Shown here piece after piece: positions 51,180 through 60,349 of a stretch of DNA of 64,000 nucleotides; positions within the stretch are counted from its first letter, which is position 1, and each line of letters opens with the position of its first letter. Both the position numbers and the translations under genes were made by a program. This stretch comes from Methanomassiliicoccales archaeon (GTDB taxonomy: Archaea; Thermoplasmatota; Thermoplasmata; Methanomassiliicoccales; UBA472). The stretch is taken from positions 10,313 through 74,312 of the forward strand of contig JAFGPG010000069.1 in NCBI GenBank assembly GCA_016926075.1. The letters are read 5' to 3'. Under the pieces are notes generated by a model. It searched no databases and was not told where the DNA came from. It saw only the letters and a program-made list of their open reading frames with translations.

Positions 51180-51995
51180 ATGAGCGATAATGGCATATCG
51201 GTAGAGAAGGAACTGCTGGAACTGAAGGACCGGGTGAAGGAGATGGACATGGGGTTGAGACACATACTAGCCCTCTTACAGACCTCACCGCCCCTGTCCC
51301 ATCCCGTCGACCGGACGTTCCTCCTGCTGCGGGAGGAGGCCAGAGATAGGGCGCTCACCCGTCTGGACGCGGGAATGGTAAAAAGATGCGAACTGCGCAA
51401 GGACTGTCGACATAAGTTCGCCGATTTCCTGGAACGGAACCTGGAGCTGCTCGACCTTCCGCGTATAGAGGAGGACAACATCCTATCGCGCATGGAGGAG
51501 CTGGAGGCCATGAGGTCCAAGGCGGTGCCCGGACGATGTGACGACTGCTTTGACGAGGTGGGCACGCTCTTCAGGCAGCAACAGGAGCTGATGAAGGCGC
51601 TGAGACTATACCGAAGCCATGAGGAGGTGAGGCAGAGCCTGGACACGCTTCCGGAGGCGGAGGTGGTGAAGGAACTGCTCGAACCCCTATCTAATGTTCA
51701 ACGACTGAACATAATGAAATCCCTGGTCAAGGCCCCCCGCTCCTTCTCCGAGCTTTCCTCTGTCACCAACCTGCGCGGTGGCAACCTGCTGTACCATCTG
51801 CAGCGACTGACCGCGACGCAGATGATCGTTCAGAGGGGCGGCCGGGGCGACTATGCGCTCTCCGAGAGAGGGACCAGGGCCCTAGAGATGGTCAACGACC
51901 TGTACCTGAGGACCCTGACCACAGCGACGGGGAAGGTGACGGAGAAGGCAGATCAGGGTCGTACTGTGATGGGACCAAGTCCTCCTTGCCCATGA
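51180..51995 (+). CDS. Transcriptional regulator with Cys-containing N-domain and C-terminal ArsR HTH (Msr-like)
   Basis: C-x5-C and C-x2-C motifs; LEPLSNVQRLNIM, FSELS, LRGGNLLYHL; layout like Methanosarcina Msr regulators of methyltransferase genes. Confidence 0.8.
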   Translation: MSDNGISVEKELLELKDRVKEMDMGLRHILALLQTSPPLSHPVDRTFLLLREEARDRALTRLDAGMVKRCELRKDCRHKFADFLERNLELLDLPRIEEDNILSRMEELEAMRSKAVPGRCDDCFDEVGTLFRQQQELMKALRLYRSHEEVRQSLDTLPEAEVVKELLEPLSNVQRLNIMKSLVKAPRSFSELSSVTNLRGGNLLYHLQRLTATQMIVQRGGRGDYALSERGTRALEMVNDLYLRTLTTATGKVTEKADQGRTVMGPSPPCP

Positions 51996-52042
51996 CCGTT
52001 CACGGAACGGGCGCGGCTACGTAAGTTCTATTAATATTCAAT

Positions 52043-53437
52043 ATGGTCACCCTCAGCAAAGGGGAGAGTGGAGGAATGAGGACACCATCCAGCCGCATTA
52101 TCATCGGTCTGATATTGGGCTGGGTCCTGACCTTCGAGGGCTTCTTCGCCCTGTCCGTCGCGGACTCGGCGACCATTGCGGGCTTCGGAGGGATCAAGGG
52201 GACAACATTCACCACGGCCGCGGTGCAGTTGGTCCTTCTGGGCGTCATCATCTCCATCAGTTGGGCTTTCCAGTCCTGCAAGTTCGGTATCCACCTTTCC
52301 CTGCCGCCCAAGGTCATGACGGCCACGGTCTATCTGACCATGCTCCTGGTCACGATGGAAGGGCTGGTCGTGGTGCTCCTGGCCGGGGACGTCACGGTCG
52401 CCGGTTGGGGAACGGTGGGCAAGGAGTACATCGCCTTGGTCGGAGCGCAGATGTGCGCCCTGGGACTCCTCTCCCTCCGCAACTGGAGACTACGGGAAAC
52501 CCCACCCACCAACTGGGCCGTGGACCTGCTCGGTTCTCTGGCCGCCGTTCTGCTGGTATTGGAAGGGTTGACCGCCATGGGCATCGCCGGTAGGACCGTC
52601 ATCGAGGATTTCGGAGGGATAGGGGGAGGCACCTTCTACCTGGCAGGGATACAGCTCTTGCTATTGGGCCTCTTGCTGTTCATCATGTGGACCTTACCGC
52701 CCCGACTTTCCTTCTCCCGACTAGGTAGGTTGCTGAGCGATAGATGGTCCTGGGTCATAGTGATGACCTTGGGAACGCTGGCGGCATTGGAAGCATTGGT
52801 CGCTTCCACCCTGGCCGGGAGGATGGTCATCGCGGACATTGGCAGCATCTCCAAGATATACGTGGTGGTCGGATGCTCCCAGTTATTCGTTCTCGGCCTG
52901 GCAGCCCCGTTGCTCTGGAAGCTTCGCAACGCTTCTCTCGACCGCAGGGCGCTCCTGGACCTCCTGAACGTCACCGCCATGACCGTGCTGGCCTTCGAAG
53001 GGGTCTTCGCCATAGGTCTGGCGGCCCAGACCCATATCGATGGCCTGGGCATCATACGGGAGCGGACCTTCCTCCTGGCCGGAGCGCAGTTGCTGGTCCT
53101 GTCCCTACTAGGCCTGTCCGCTTTTTTTGTCCAGGGAAACCTGCTCCTGGGCAGGTTGGGCAACAGAGCTTTCTCCTCACTGCCCGTCGCAGTCCTGACC
53201 TTGATCGGGCTGGAAGGGTTGGCGGTGACGCTCCTAGCGTCCAATATGAACATCTCAGATTTCGGGGGAATAAGGGAACGTTATGTTCTGCTAGGAGGGG
53301 TTCAGATGGTCCTGCTCTCAACGACGGCCCTACTCCTTTGGGTTCGTTCGCGCCGTATCCCGCCCAGGTGCATGAAGGTGGCCATATCGGCCGCGATCTT
53401 CCTTGTGCTCATGATCCCGATAGCCATTCTTCTTTGA
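52043..53437 (+). CDS. Hypothetical polytopic membrane protein with six internal repeats
   Basis: About 13 TMs; six E-x29-Q units (Glu 32, 106, 174, 250, 319, 391). Confidence 0.8.
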   Translation: MVTLSKGESGGMRTPSSRIIIGLILGWVLTFEGFFALSVADSATIAGFGGIKGTTFTTAAVQLVLLGVIISISWAFQSCKFGIHLSLPPKVMTATVYLTMLLVTMEGLVVVLLAGDVTVAGWGTVGKEYIALVGAQMCALGLLSLRNWRLRETPPTNWAVDLLGSLAAVLLVLEGLTAMGIAGRTVIEDFGGIGGGTFYLAGIQLLLLGLLLFIMWTLPPRLSFSRLGRLLSDRWSWVIVMTLGTLAALEALVASTLAGRMVIADIGSISKIYVVVGCSQLFVLGLAAPLLWKLRNASLDRRALLDLLNVTAMTVLAFEGVFAIGLAAQTHIDGLGIIRERTFLLAGAQLLVLSLLGLSAFFVQGNLLLGRLGNRAFSSLPVAVLTLIGLEGLAVTLLASNMNISDFGGIRERYVLLGGVQMVLLSTTALLLWVRSRRIPPRCMKVAISAAIFLVLMIPIAILL

Positions 53438-53490
53438 GGTCCTTAAATTAATCTTAAATATCGATTCCTCTTTCCTTAGGGATTGTTAAT

Positions 53491-55467
53491 ATGACGAGGC
53501 GGAGATTAGGGCTGGGAATAGACACCGGTGGTACCTACACCGATGCGGCGGTGGTGGACATGAGCGACCTGACGGTCTTGGCCAAGGCCAAGTCCCCCAC
53601 CACCTACCACGACCTATCCATCGGGGTCATGGGAGCCATCGACGGCATACTGGAACAGAAGACCTATGACCTGGAGGACATCGCCTTCGTCGGTCTCTCC
53701 ACCACTCTGGCCACCAACTCCATACTTACCGGCAAAGGGGGAAAGGTAGGGCATATCGGTATCGGGTGGACCCCCCAGCCCAACTTCAGCTCCGGAGCGG
53801 ACATGGACGCCTATGTCAAGGGAGGGCACGGGGTGTGGGCCCAGCAGCAGGAGCCTCTGGACATCGAGGCTGTTATGGAGGCCATCGAGAGGATGAAGGG
53901 AGAGGTGGACTCCTTCGTCGTTTCCGCGCACTTCAGCGTTTACAATCCGGTACATGAGAGGGATGTCGCCGAACTCATCAAGAAGATGAGCGGCCTACCC
54001 GTTGTGCTGGGGCATCAGCTCAGTTCCGAGCTGGGGGTCCCCCAGCGTTCCGTCACCGCCGTGCTCAACGCGCGGCTCCTGCCCGTCATATCAGAGTTCC
54101 TGGAGGGGGTGGAGAGGTCCCTTACCGAACGGGGGGTCACCGCCACTATACTGGTGTTCAAGGGCGACGGTACTTTGATGAACCTGAACATGGCCCGGGA
54201 GAGACCGGTGGAGACCATACTCTCCGGGCCAGCGGCCAGCCTCATGGGCGGCAAGATGCTGTGCAACGAGCAGAACTGCATAGTGGTGGACATAGGGGGC
54301 ACATCCACCGACATCGCCTATCTCGACGATGGGTTCCCCCGCATATCCAAGGAAGGGGCCTCCGTGGGCAATTGGCGCACCAGGGTGAAGGCCATCGACA
54401 TATGGACGGTGGGCTTGGGAGGGGACTCCCACGTCATCTCGGACCAGAGGGGCATGTTCAAGATCGGACCGGAGAGGGTCATCCCCCTGGCCATCGCCGC
54501 CTCCAGCCATCCGTTCATCAAGGAGAAGATGGTGACCACCAGCGAGACGAACTACTATCTGCACGTGGAGAGGGACACCAGCAAGCTGACCTCTCGGGAG
54601 AAGGAGATCTACGACTTCGTCAAGGCCAATCCCATGTGCACCCTGAACGAGATCAGGATGGGCGCACCGGAGGTCTACAACTACCGCAACATAGTGAACA
54701 GGATCAAGGAGCGCGGGTTCCTGCAGATGACCGGGCTCACCCCCACCGATTTCATGCACGTACAGGGCACCTTCGATCGCTTCGACACGGAGGCCGCCCG
54801 CCTGGGCGTGGAGTTCATGGCCAACTGGGGACACATGTCCAAAGAGGATTACATGAACGCCTTCCAGAAGGAGATGATCACCAGAGTGGGTGAGGAGGTC
54901 ATGCGGAAGGTCATCCTGGACGAGGTGGGGGAGGTCTCGGAGAACGGCGGCTTCAACTATCTCCTGCGGGCCACGGTGAACGGCAACAACGGGAGCAGCA
55001 TCACCGCTAGGACCAAGCTTGACCGGCCTCTGGTGGGCATTGGGGCGCCCACGCACATCTACATGCCTCCCCTGGAGGACAGGATGGAGGTCAAGGTCAT
55101 CATCCCCCGGGACCACGACGTGGGGAATGCGGTAGGGGCGGTGTGCAGTCAGATATCAGAGACCATCAGCGTTCAGGTGTACCCGGACAAGGACAATCGC
55201 TTCTTCGTGCTCACCCCCTTCGGTCCTCCCAGGACCTTCACGCACATCTCCTCGGCGCTCGAGAGCGCACGCCGTCAGGCCGAGGAATGGGTCCGTAGGA
55301 GGGCCTACGAGGCGGGGGCGGAGAACATACGCGTGCGCAGCGATACCTACGAGAACACCTACTACGGCGGATTCCTGGTCGAGGGGGAGCAGACCGCCTG
55401 GATCGACGTGGTGGCCCGGGCCACCGGGGAACCACGTGTCCAGCCCAGGAAGAACAGCTCACTCTAG
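53491..55467 (+). CDS. Hydantoinase/oxoprolinase family (HyuA-like ASKHA ATPase)
   Basis: GIDTGGTYTD, STTLATN, ILSGPAAS, VDIGGTSTD, GLGGDS, TPTD, NAVGA. Confidence 0.88.
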   Translation: MTRRRLGLGIDTGGTYTDAAVVDMSDLTVLAKAKSPTTYHDLSIGVMGAIDGILEQKTYDLEDIAFVGLSTTLATNSILTGKGGKVGHIGIGWTPQPNFSSGADMDAYVKGGHGVWAQQQEPLDIEAVMEAIERMKGEVDSFVVSAHFSVYNPVHERDVAELIKKMSGLPVVLGHQLSSELGVPQRSVTAVLNARLLPVISEFLEGVERSLTERGVTATILVFKGDGTLMNLNMARERPVETILSGPAASLMGGKMLCNEQNCIVVDIGGTSTDIAYLDDGFPRISKEGASVGNWRTRVKAIDIWTVGLGGDSHVISDQRGMFKIGPERVIPLAIAASSHPFIKEKMVTTSETNYYLHVERDTSKLTSREKEIYDFVKANPMCTLNEIRMGAPEVYNYRNIVNRIKERGFLQMTGLTPTDFMHVQGTFDRFDTEAARLGVEFMANWGHMSKEDYMNAFQKEMITRVGEEVMRKVILDEVGEVSENGGFNYLLRATVNGNNGSSITARTKLDRPLVGIGAPTHIYMPPLEDRMEVKVIIPRDHDVGNAVGAVCSQISETISVQVYPDKDNRFFVLTPFGPPRTFTHISSALESARRQAEEWVRRRAYEAGAENIRVRSDTYENTYYGGFLVEGEQTAWIDVVARATGEPRVQPRKNSSL

Positions 55468-55788
55468 GAAGAGGACCTCGTTGGACCTCTGGGCCAGGGC
55501 CCTAGACCGGGCGACGAGCCCGGCCTCCACCCAGGCCGCGCTGAGCAGGCCCGCGGGCACCAGGCAGTTGGCGCTCATCTTGACCTCCCGCATGCGATCG
55601 AAGACCCTGCTATGGGACTTGTCCGTAAGGTCATCCATGGTCAGGACCTCCAGGGTCCTGGCGAACTCCCGCACGTTGGGACAGGGGCTCTCCACCCTGA
55701 TGTTGAAGGTACCGTCGCCGTTGTCGGAAGCCTCCACCACGGTCTCATGTGAGCACACCCTCATCTCGATTCGGACCTTGGATACCAT
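55459..55788 (-). CDS. Small Cys-containing protein (DUF6951-like)
   Basis: VCSHETVVEA, IRVESPCPNV, ANCLVPAG, VEAGL. Confidence 0.6.
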   Translation of the reverse strand: MVSKVRIEMRVCSHETVVEASDNGDGTFNIRVESPCPNVREFARTLEVLTMDDLTDKSHSRVFDRMREVKMSANCLVPAGLLSAAWVEAGLVARSRALAQRSNEVLFLE

Positions 55789-55925
55789 GGAACTCAGCTA
55801 TTTCGAGAATATTTCAAATGGTATTTATTGTCTACATTAACATCGTTAAATCCATCATGGAAAGGTTATTATACACTCGATGACCGTTTACTGTTTCAAA
55901 TAATATCGAAATTGTAGGTGGCTTG

Positions 55926-56978
55926 ATGCTGGACATCCTTCTTGGGGGGCTCGAGAGCGGCATAGATGGCCTGATCGAATACCTCTCAGAACACACCCTG
56001 ACTTGTCTGATACCCGCCTTCTTCATCGCCGGGGCCATTGCCGCCTTCGTGAAGAAGGAGGCCATCCTCAAATACTTCGGACCGCAGACCAAGAAATTCA
56101 TATCATATCCCGTGGCCTCTGTCTCCGGGATCGTCCTGGCCGTGTGCAGTTGCACAATATTACCACTGTTCGCCGGAATATACAAGAAGGGCAGCGGACT
56201 GGGGCCGGCCATCACCTTCCTGTTCGCTGGGCCGGGGATCAATATACTGGCGATCATCTATACGGCTCAGGTGCTGGGATACGACATCGGTCTGGCCAGG
56301 GCGGTGGCGGCCATCGGGATGTCCCTTATCGTGGGCGCGATCATGGGCTGGATGTTCCGGAACGAACGACCCCAGGGTGAGTTCAAACTGCTTTCAAGTG
56401 GTGAAGGGAAGCCCCGATGGGTAATGTTCAGTTTCTTCCTGCTGCTGGTCCTCATCATGGTCGTAGGCGCCGCCAAGATAGAGTGGGTCCCCAAGCTGGC
56501 CATAATCTATGTCCTGACCTTATTGATAGCCTACCTGGTCATCTACCACTTCGAAAGGGAGGAGGTGACTGACTGGGGGCTGGAGACCTGGGACCTGACC
56601 AAGAAGATCTTTCCCATACTGCTCATCGGGACCTTCCTCGTCGGTGTGCTGGCCTTCTTTCTGCCCCCGGAGACCTTCAGGCCTTACCTGGGGGAGAACA
56701 CCATACCGGCAAACCTTGTAGCCGCGTTCATGGGCACAATACTCTACATGCCTACATTGCTGGAGGTACCTATTATAGGCACCACCTTCGGTTATTCCAC
56801 GGGGGTCATGGCCGCCGGCCCTGCCCTATCCCTCCTGCTGGCCGGTCCTACAGTAAGCGCACCCTCACTTGTAGTGCTCTGGAGGATCATGGGCTGGAAG
56901 AGGACCGTGGTCTATGCCCTTCTAGTGGTGGCGGCCTCATCCCTGGCCGGATTGATCTTTGGGACTATGATGGGGTGA
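55926..56978 (+). CDS. ArsP-type permease (DUF318)
   Basis: AVCSCTILPLF, FLFAGPGIN, LLAGPTVSAP; two four-TM halves. Confidence 0.85.
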   Translation: MLDILLGGLESGIDGLIEYLSEHTLTCLIPAFFIAGAIAAFVKKEAILKYFGPQTKKFISYPVASVSGIVLAVCSCTILPLFAGIYKKGSGLGPAITFLFAGPGINILAIIYTAQVLGYDIGLARAVAAIGMSLIVGAIMGWMFRNERPQGEFKLLSSGEGKPRWVMFSFFLLLVLIMVVGAAKIEWVPKLAIIYVLTLLIAYLVIYHFEREEVTDWGLETWDLTKKIFPILLIGTFLVGVLAFFLPPETFRPYLGENTIPANLVAAFMGTILYMPTLLEVPIIGTTFGYSTGVMAAGPALSLLLAGPTVSAPSLVVLWRIMGWKRTVVYALLVVAASSLAGLIFGTMMG

Positions 56979-57049
56979 TGATATAACATTCGGACGGAGG
57001 AGCTCAGAATGAGGACGGAGAGGGCGTTGGACTCGCGAGGTGATATAAT

Positions 57050-57283
57050 ATGAGGATCGAGGTTTTCGGTATCGGATGCGTGAAGTGCAAGAGGCTGGAG
57101 AAGAACGTAAGGGAGGCGCTGGCCAAGGCCGGGGTAGATGCCGAGGTGGTCAAGGTGGATGATATGACGGCCATCATGGACCAGGGCATCATGGTCACAC
57201 CCGCCCTGGCCATCGACGGAGAGGTCAAGTTCATGGGCAAGGTGCCCTCGGTGGAAGAGCTGATCGGCATGATCAAGGGGTGA
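57050..57283 (+). CDS. Small redox-active disulfide protein (MTH895-like thioredoxin)
   Basis: GIGCVKC, VTPALAIDG, GKVP. Confidence 0.9.
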   Translation: MRIEVFGIGCVKCKRLEKNVREALAKAGVDAEVVKVDDMTAIMDQGIMVTPALAIDGEVKFMGKVPSVEELIGMIKG

Positions 57284-57288
57284 GAGGT

Positions 57289-57680
57289 ATGGCCGAGGTG
57301 AGATGCGCCTGCGAGGGCGGTTCGGTGATCGTCTATCCCTGTTCCGGCGCCGCCAACCTGGGACAGGCCTACAACGAGATGGGGCTCAGATTGATGGAAC
57401 AGGGCAGGGCCATCATGTCCTGCCTGGCCGGTGTGGGGGCCACGTTCCCAATCTCACGATGTCCGCCAAGAGCGCGGACCTTGTCATAGCCCTGGACGGA
57501 TGTCAGGTGGAATGCGCCAGGAAGGTCCTGGAACATGCGGGGGTGAAGCCCGGCGTGCACATCGTGGCCACCGAACTGGGATTGACCAAGAAGGTAGATG
57601 AAAGGTGGACGGAGGAGCAGGTGCAGGTCATTGACCAGGCCTTGAGCATCAGGATGCCGAGGAGAAGCTTTCCCGAATGA
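57289..57680 (+). pseudogene. DGC-domain putative zinc-binding protein split by a 1-nt frameshift
   Basis: YPCSGAANLGQ and MSCLAGVG in one frame, HVPNL, IALDGCQVECARK in another; break at the G5 run 57435-57439. Confidence 0.8.
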
Positions 57681-58020
57681 GGGCCCTGGTCCATACCCCG
57701 AAGAGATGGACGGAATCCCTACCAAAGGCCGAGTTCTCCATCGATCCACGGATGTCTCCCGACCTCGGAGAGCGCACGGAGCGTCGACCGTGGATATGAA
57801 TGCATGATCCCCTTCATGAACAGGTGCGCGATTCCCGTTCCATCATTGGTGCGAGATGACCCGGCATCCCATTGATGGAACATCGTTCGTACCCTTATTC
57901 CTTTCACGCGCGGCAGGATGCCAATTGGGTGAAAAGAGCGATCGTGGCATGGTTAAGTATGCCCTTCATACATCGATCCTGGCCCATGGACGACATGACC
58001 GGTCACTGGAGAGTGATCAT

Positions 58021-58057
58021 GAAAAAATAAAAAAAAGAAAGGAAAAAGGAAAAGGGG
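58021..58057 (-). terminator. T-rich terminator downstream of mtaA
   Basis: Long A/G tract on + strand, i.e. CCCCTTTTCCTTTTTCCTTTCTTTTTTTTATTTTTTC on the - strand, directly after the stop. Confidence 0.65.
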
Positions 58058-58060
58058 CGT

Positions 58061-59077
58061 TCAACCCTTGATGGCCTTTACCAGTGCAGTCAGGTTGTCG
58101 TTCTCGATCAACGCGGAGAGCCCGCATCCCGGAGCGACCACATTGAAACCGGCGGCGGCGCAGCGCTTCGCATGGGCCATACAATCCGCCGGGGTCCCCT
58201 GCAGCAATGGGTTGACCACGCCGATGTTACCGATAAGGGCGGCGCGCTTGTTGACGATCTTCACGCCCTCCTCCGGAACGACCTTCTCCTCGATGGACAA
58301 GGCCTTCACTCCGACAGCTATCATGTTGTTCAGGATGTCGGTCGTGTTGCCGCATATGTGCAGCACACCGATGCCGCCCCTGATGGTCGCCAACGAATCG
58401 CCCATGTAGTTCCCGGCGTACTCGGTGAACATGTCCGGGGACAGCAGATCGGTGCTGGCGGACGGTTCGGACATCTGCACCACGTCGCCACCAGCATCAG
58501 CCAGGGCCTGGGTGTAGGCCTTGCAGATGACGTTGGCGGCAGCGACCCACTTCTTGACCAGGTCCGGGTCCACCATGATGTACAGCACGAGGTTCTCGGT
58601 GCTGACGCAGTGACCAGCCAGGGTGAAGGGTCCAGTGTTACCAGCGATGACCGGGTATTCGGCACCATGGCTGGCCTTCAGTTTCCCTATGGCCTCCTGG
58701 ACGATCGCGGCTCGGCCGCTCTTCAGGAATTCATCAGGCGCCATGAGGTTCGGCTCGTCCTCGAGGGCGAAGGGGTGTCCCTTGACCATCGGGGTCCTGT
58801 CCTTGCGTCCCTGTTCGACGGTGGTCACTTTCAGGCTGTCGATCTCGACGGTCAGGCAGAACGGGGCGCGCACGGCCTCGAACCCGAAGACCTCGGCCTG
58901 AGCCGCGCCCAATTTCGCCATCTTGTCAGCGTCATAGTGGGCCTCTGGCCAGGCAACGCCGATCTTGTCCATCTGTCCCATCGTAGCGCTTTGGGTGAAG
59001 ATAGCGACCGGTGGCCGGTCGAGGTCCTTCAGAGCCAATGCGTCCATCACTCTTTCCCTTGGAGTCATTTTTGCCAA
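58061..59077 (-). CDS. mtaA: Methylcobamide:CoM methyltransferase (MtaA/MT2 family)
   Basis: WPEAH, FEAVRAPFC, GPFTLA, EPSAS, LHICG and APGCG zinc triad; TTG start after AGGGGG. Confidence 0.85.
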   Translation of the reverse strand: MAKMTPRERVMDALALKDLDRPPVAIFTQSATMGQMDKIGVAWPEAHYDADKMAKLGAAQAEVFGFEAVRAPFCLTVEIDSLKVTTVEQGRKDRTPMVKGHPFALEDEPNLMAPDEFLKSGRAAIVQEAIGKLKASHGAEYPVIAGNTGPFTLAGHCVSTENLVLYIMVDPDLVKKWVAAANVICKAYTQALADAGGDVVQMSEPSASTDLLSPDMFTEYAGNYMGDSLATIRGGIGVLHICGNTTDILNNMIAVGVKALSIEEKVVPEEGVKIVNKRAALIGNIGVVNPLLQGTPADCMAHAKRCAAAGFNVVAPGCGLSALIENDNLTALVKAIKG

Positions 59078-59272
59078 ATCTATTCCCCCTATAATCCAGT
59101 AGGATTCTGACCTGTCGGAATATCCATTTTACTGTACATTAATCTATCGGGTCTTTCGATGCGTATACTCTCATATAAACAAGTTCAACCCTTGAACACT
59201 GGCTGGATGGTCTTTCTACGAAACGATTGTAAAATTATTAACAAGTGTTCAATCATCCCGGACTTTCCAGTC

Positions 59273-60307
59273 CTATGCCTTCCACCCCTGTACAGCCTCC
59301 CTGAGGGCGACGATGTTACCCAAGGGGGTCTTGAAGGGCATCTCACATCCGGGAGCGATCATGAAGCCCGCCCCCTCCCCCCAATCCCCGTGCATGGCAT
59401 CGACCTCCATGACCACCTCCTCCGGCGTGCCCTGGAAGAGCAGGAACATGTGGTCTATGCCCCCGATGACCGTGGTCCGTCCCCTGAACTTTTCATAGGA
59501 GGAGGCACGGTCCTCTCTTCGGGGAGTGAAGTGCAGGGCGACCGGCCGCATGGCCAGATATCCATCCAGATATGGATCGGAGGAGCAATTGTGCACTATG
59601 GAACCCAACCCCTGCGACGTGAAGGAGGACAGAACCTTGGAGAGGTTCCCCAGGTCGAAACGTTCCAAACCCTCAACAGAATTGGTGTCCAGCCCGCAGC
59701 TCCCGTCCTCTATGAACACGTGCCCTACGCCCATCTGCGCCAACCGCTCCCCGTAGGCCGCCGAGGACTGGACCATGACGTCCATCAGCCCCTGGACCAG
59801 GTCCGGATCGGTCCATGTGGCTATGAGCAGAGATTCGTATCCCATCACCTCCCCTGCCATCATCATGGGTCCCGTGATGCATCCCAGCACCGGCAGCTCC
59901 TTGCCCACACTCTCCTGCATGAGCCCCGCGGCCCGCAGGGGGACCGACCATCCCTCGTCCTTCAGGGGGTCCACCGGACGCACGCGGTCCAGTTCGGAAA
60001 GGGAGGCGATGGCGTAGCGCTCCACGCGGGGATAGTAGTCCCGTTCCGGCCATCTCCAGCTGGTACCATGGGCATGCGCCTCCACCAAAAGGTCCCCCCA
60101 ACCGGCCATGACGTTGTCGAAGCCGGTCACCCGCTGAGCGGCGATGGCGATGCGGGCAAAGGCCTCGGGGTCCTCCATGCCCTGACGGATGCTCAGGCCG
60201 GTCGCTCCCAGGATGCTATTGGCCGCTCCCAGATGCTGGTACATGATGGGCGGATGATCGACCGCCTCACTTTTTAACGCCCCTTCGAAACGTTCCCGGG
60301 GGGTCAT
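59273..60307 (-). CDS. Second UroD/MtaA-fold cobamide methyltransferase-like protein
   Basis: MTPRER, VEAHAHG, TGPM, VHNC and APGCE zinc triad, GTPEEV. Confidence 0.8.
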   Translation of the reverse strand: MTPRERFEGALKSEAVDHPPIMYQHLGAANSILGATGLSIRQGMEDPEAFARIAIAAQRVTGFDNVMAGWGDLLVEAHAHGTSWRWPERDYYPRVERYAIASLSELDRVRPVDPLKDEGWSVPLRAAGLMQESVGKELPVLGCITGPMMMAGEVMGYESLLIATWTDPDLVQGLMDVMVQSSAAYGERLAQMGVGHVFIEDGSCGLDTNSVEGLERFDLGNLSKVLSSFTSQGLGSIVHNCSSDPYLDGYLAMRPVALHFTPRREDRASSYEKFRGRTTVIGGIDHMFLLFQGTPEEVVMEVDAMHGDWGEGAGFMIAPGCEMPFKTPLGNIVALREAVQGWKA

Positions 60308-60349
60308 GAGGAAGGGTAGGCCGCTTGAAAGTATTATGCTTTACCAGGA

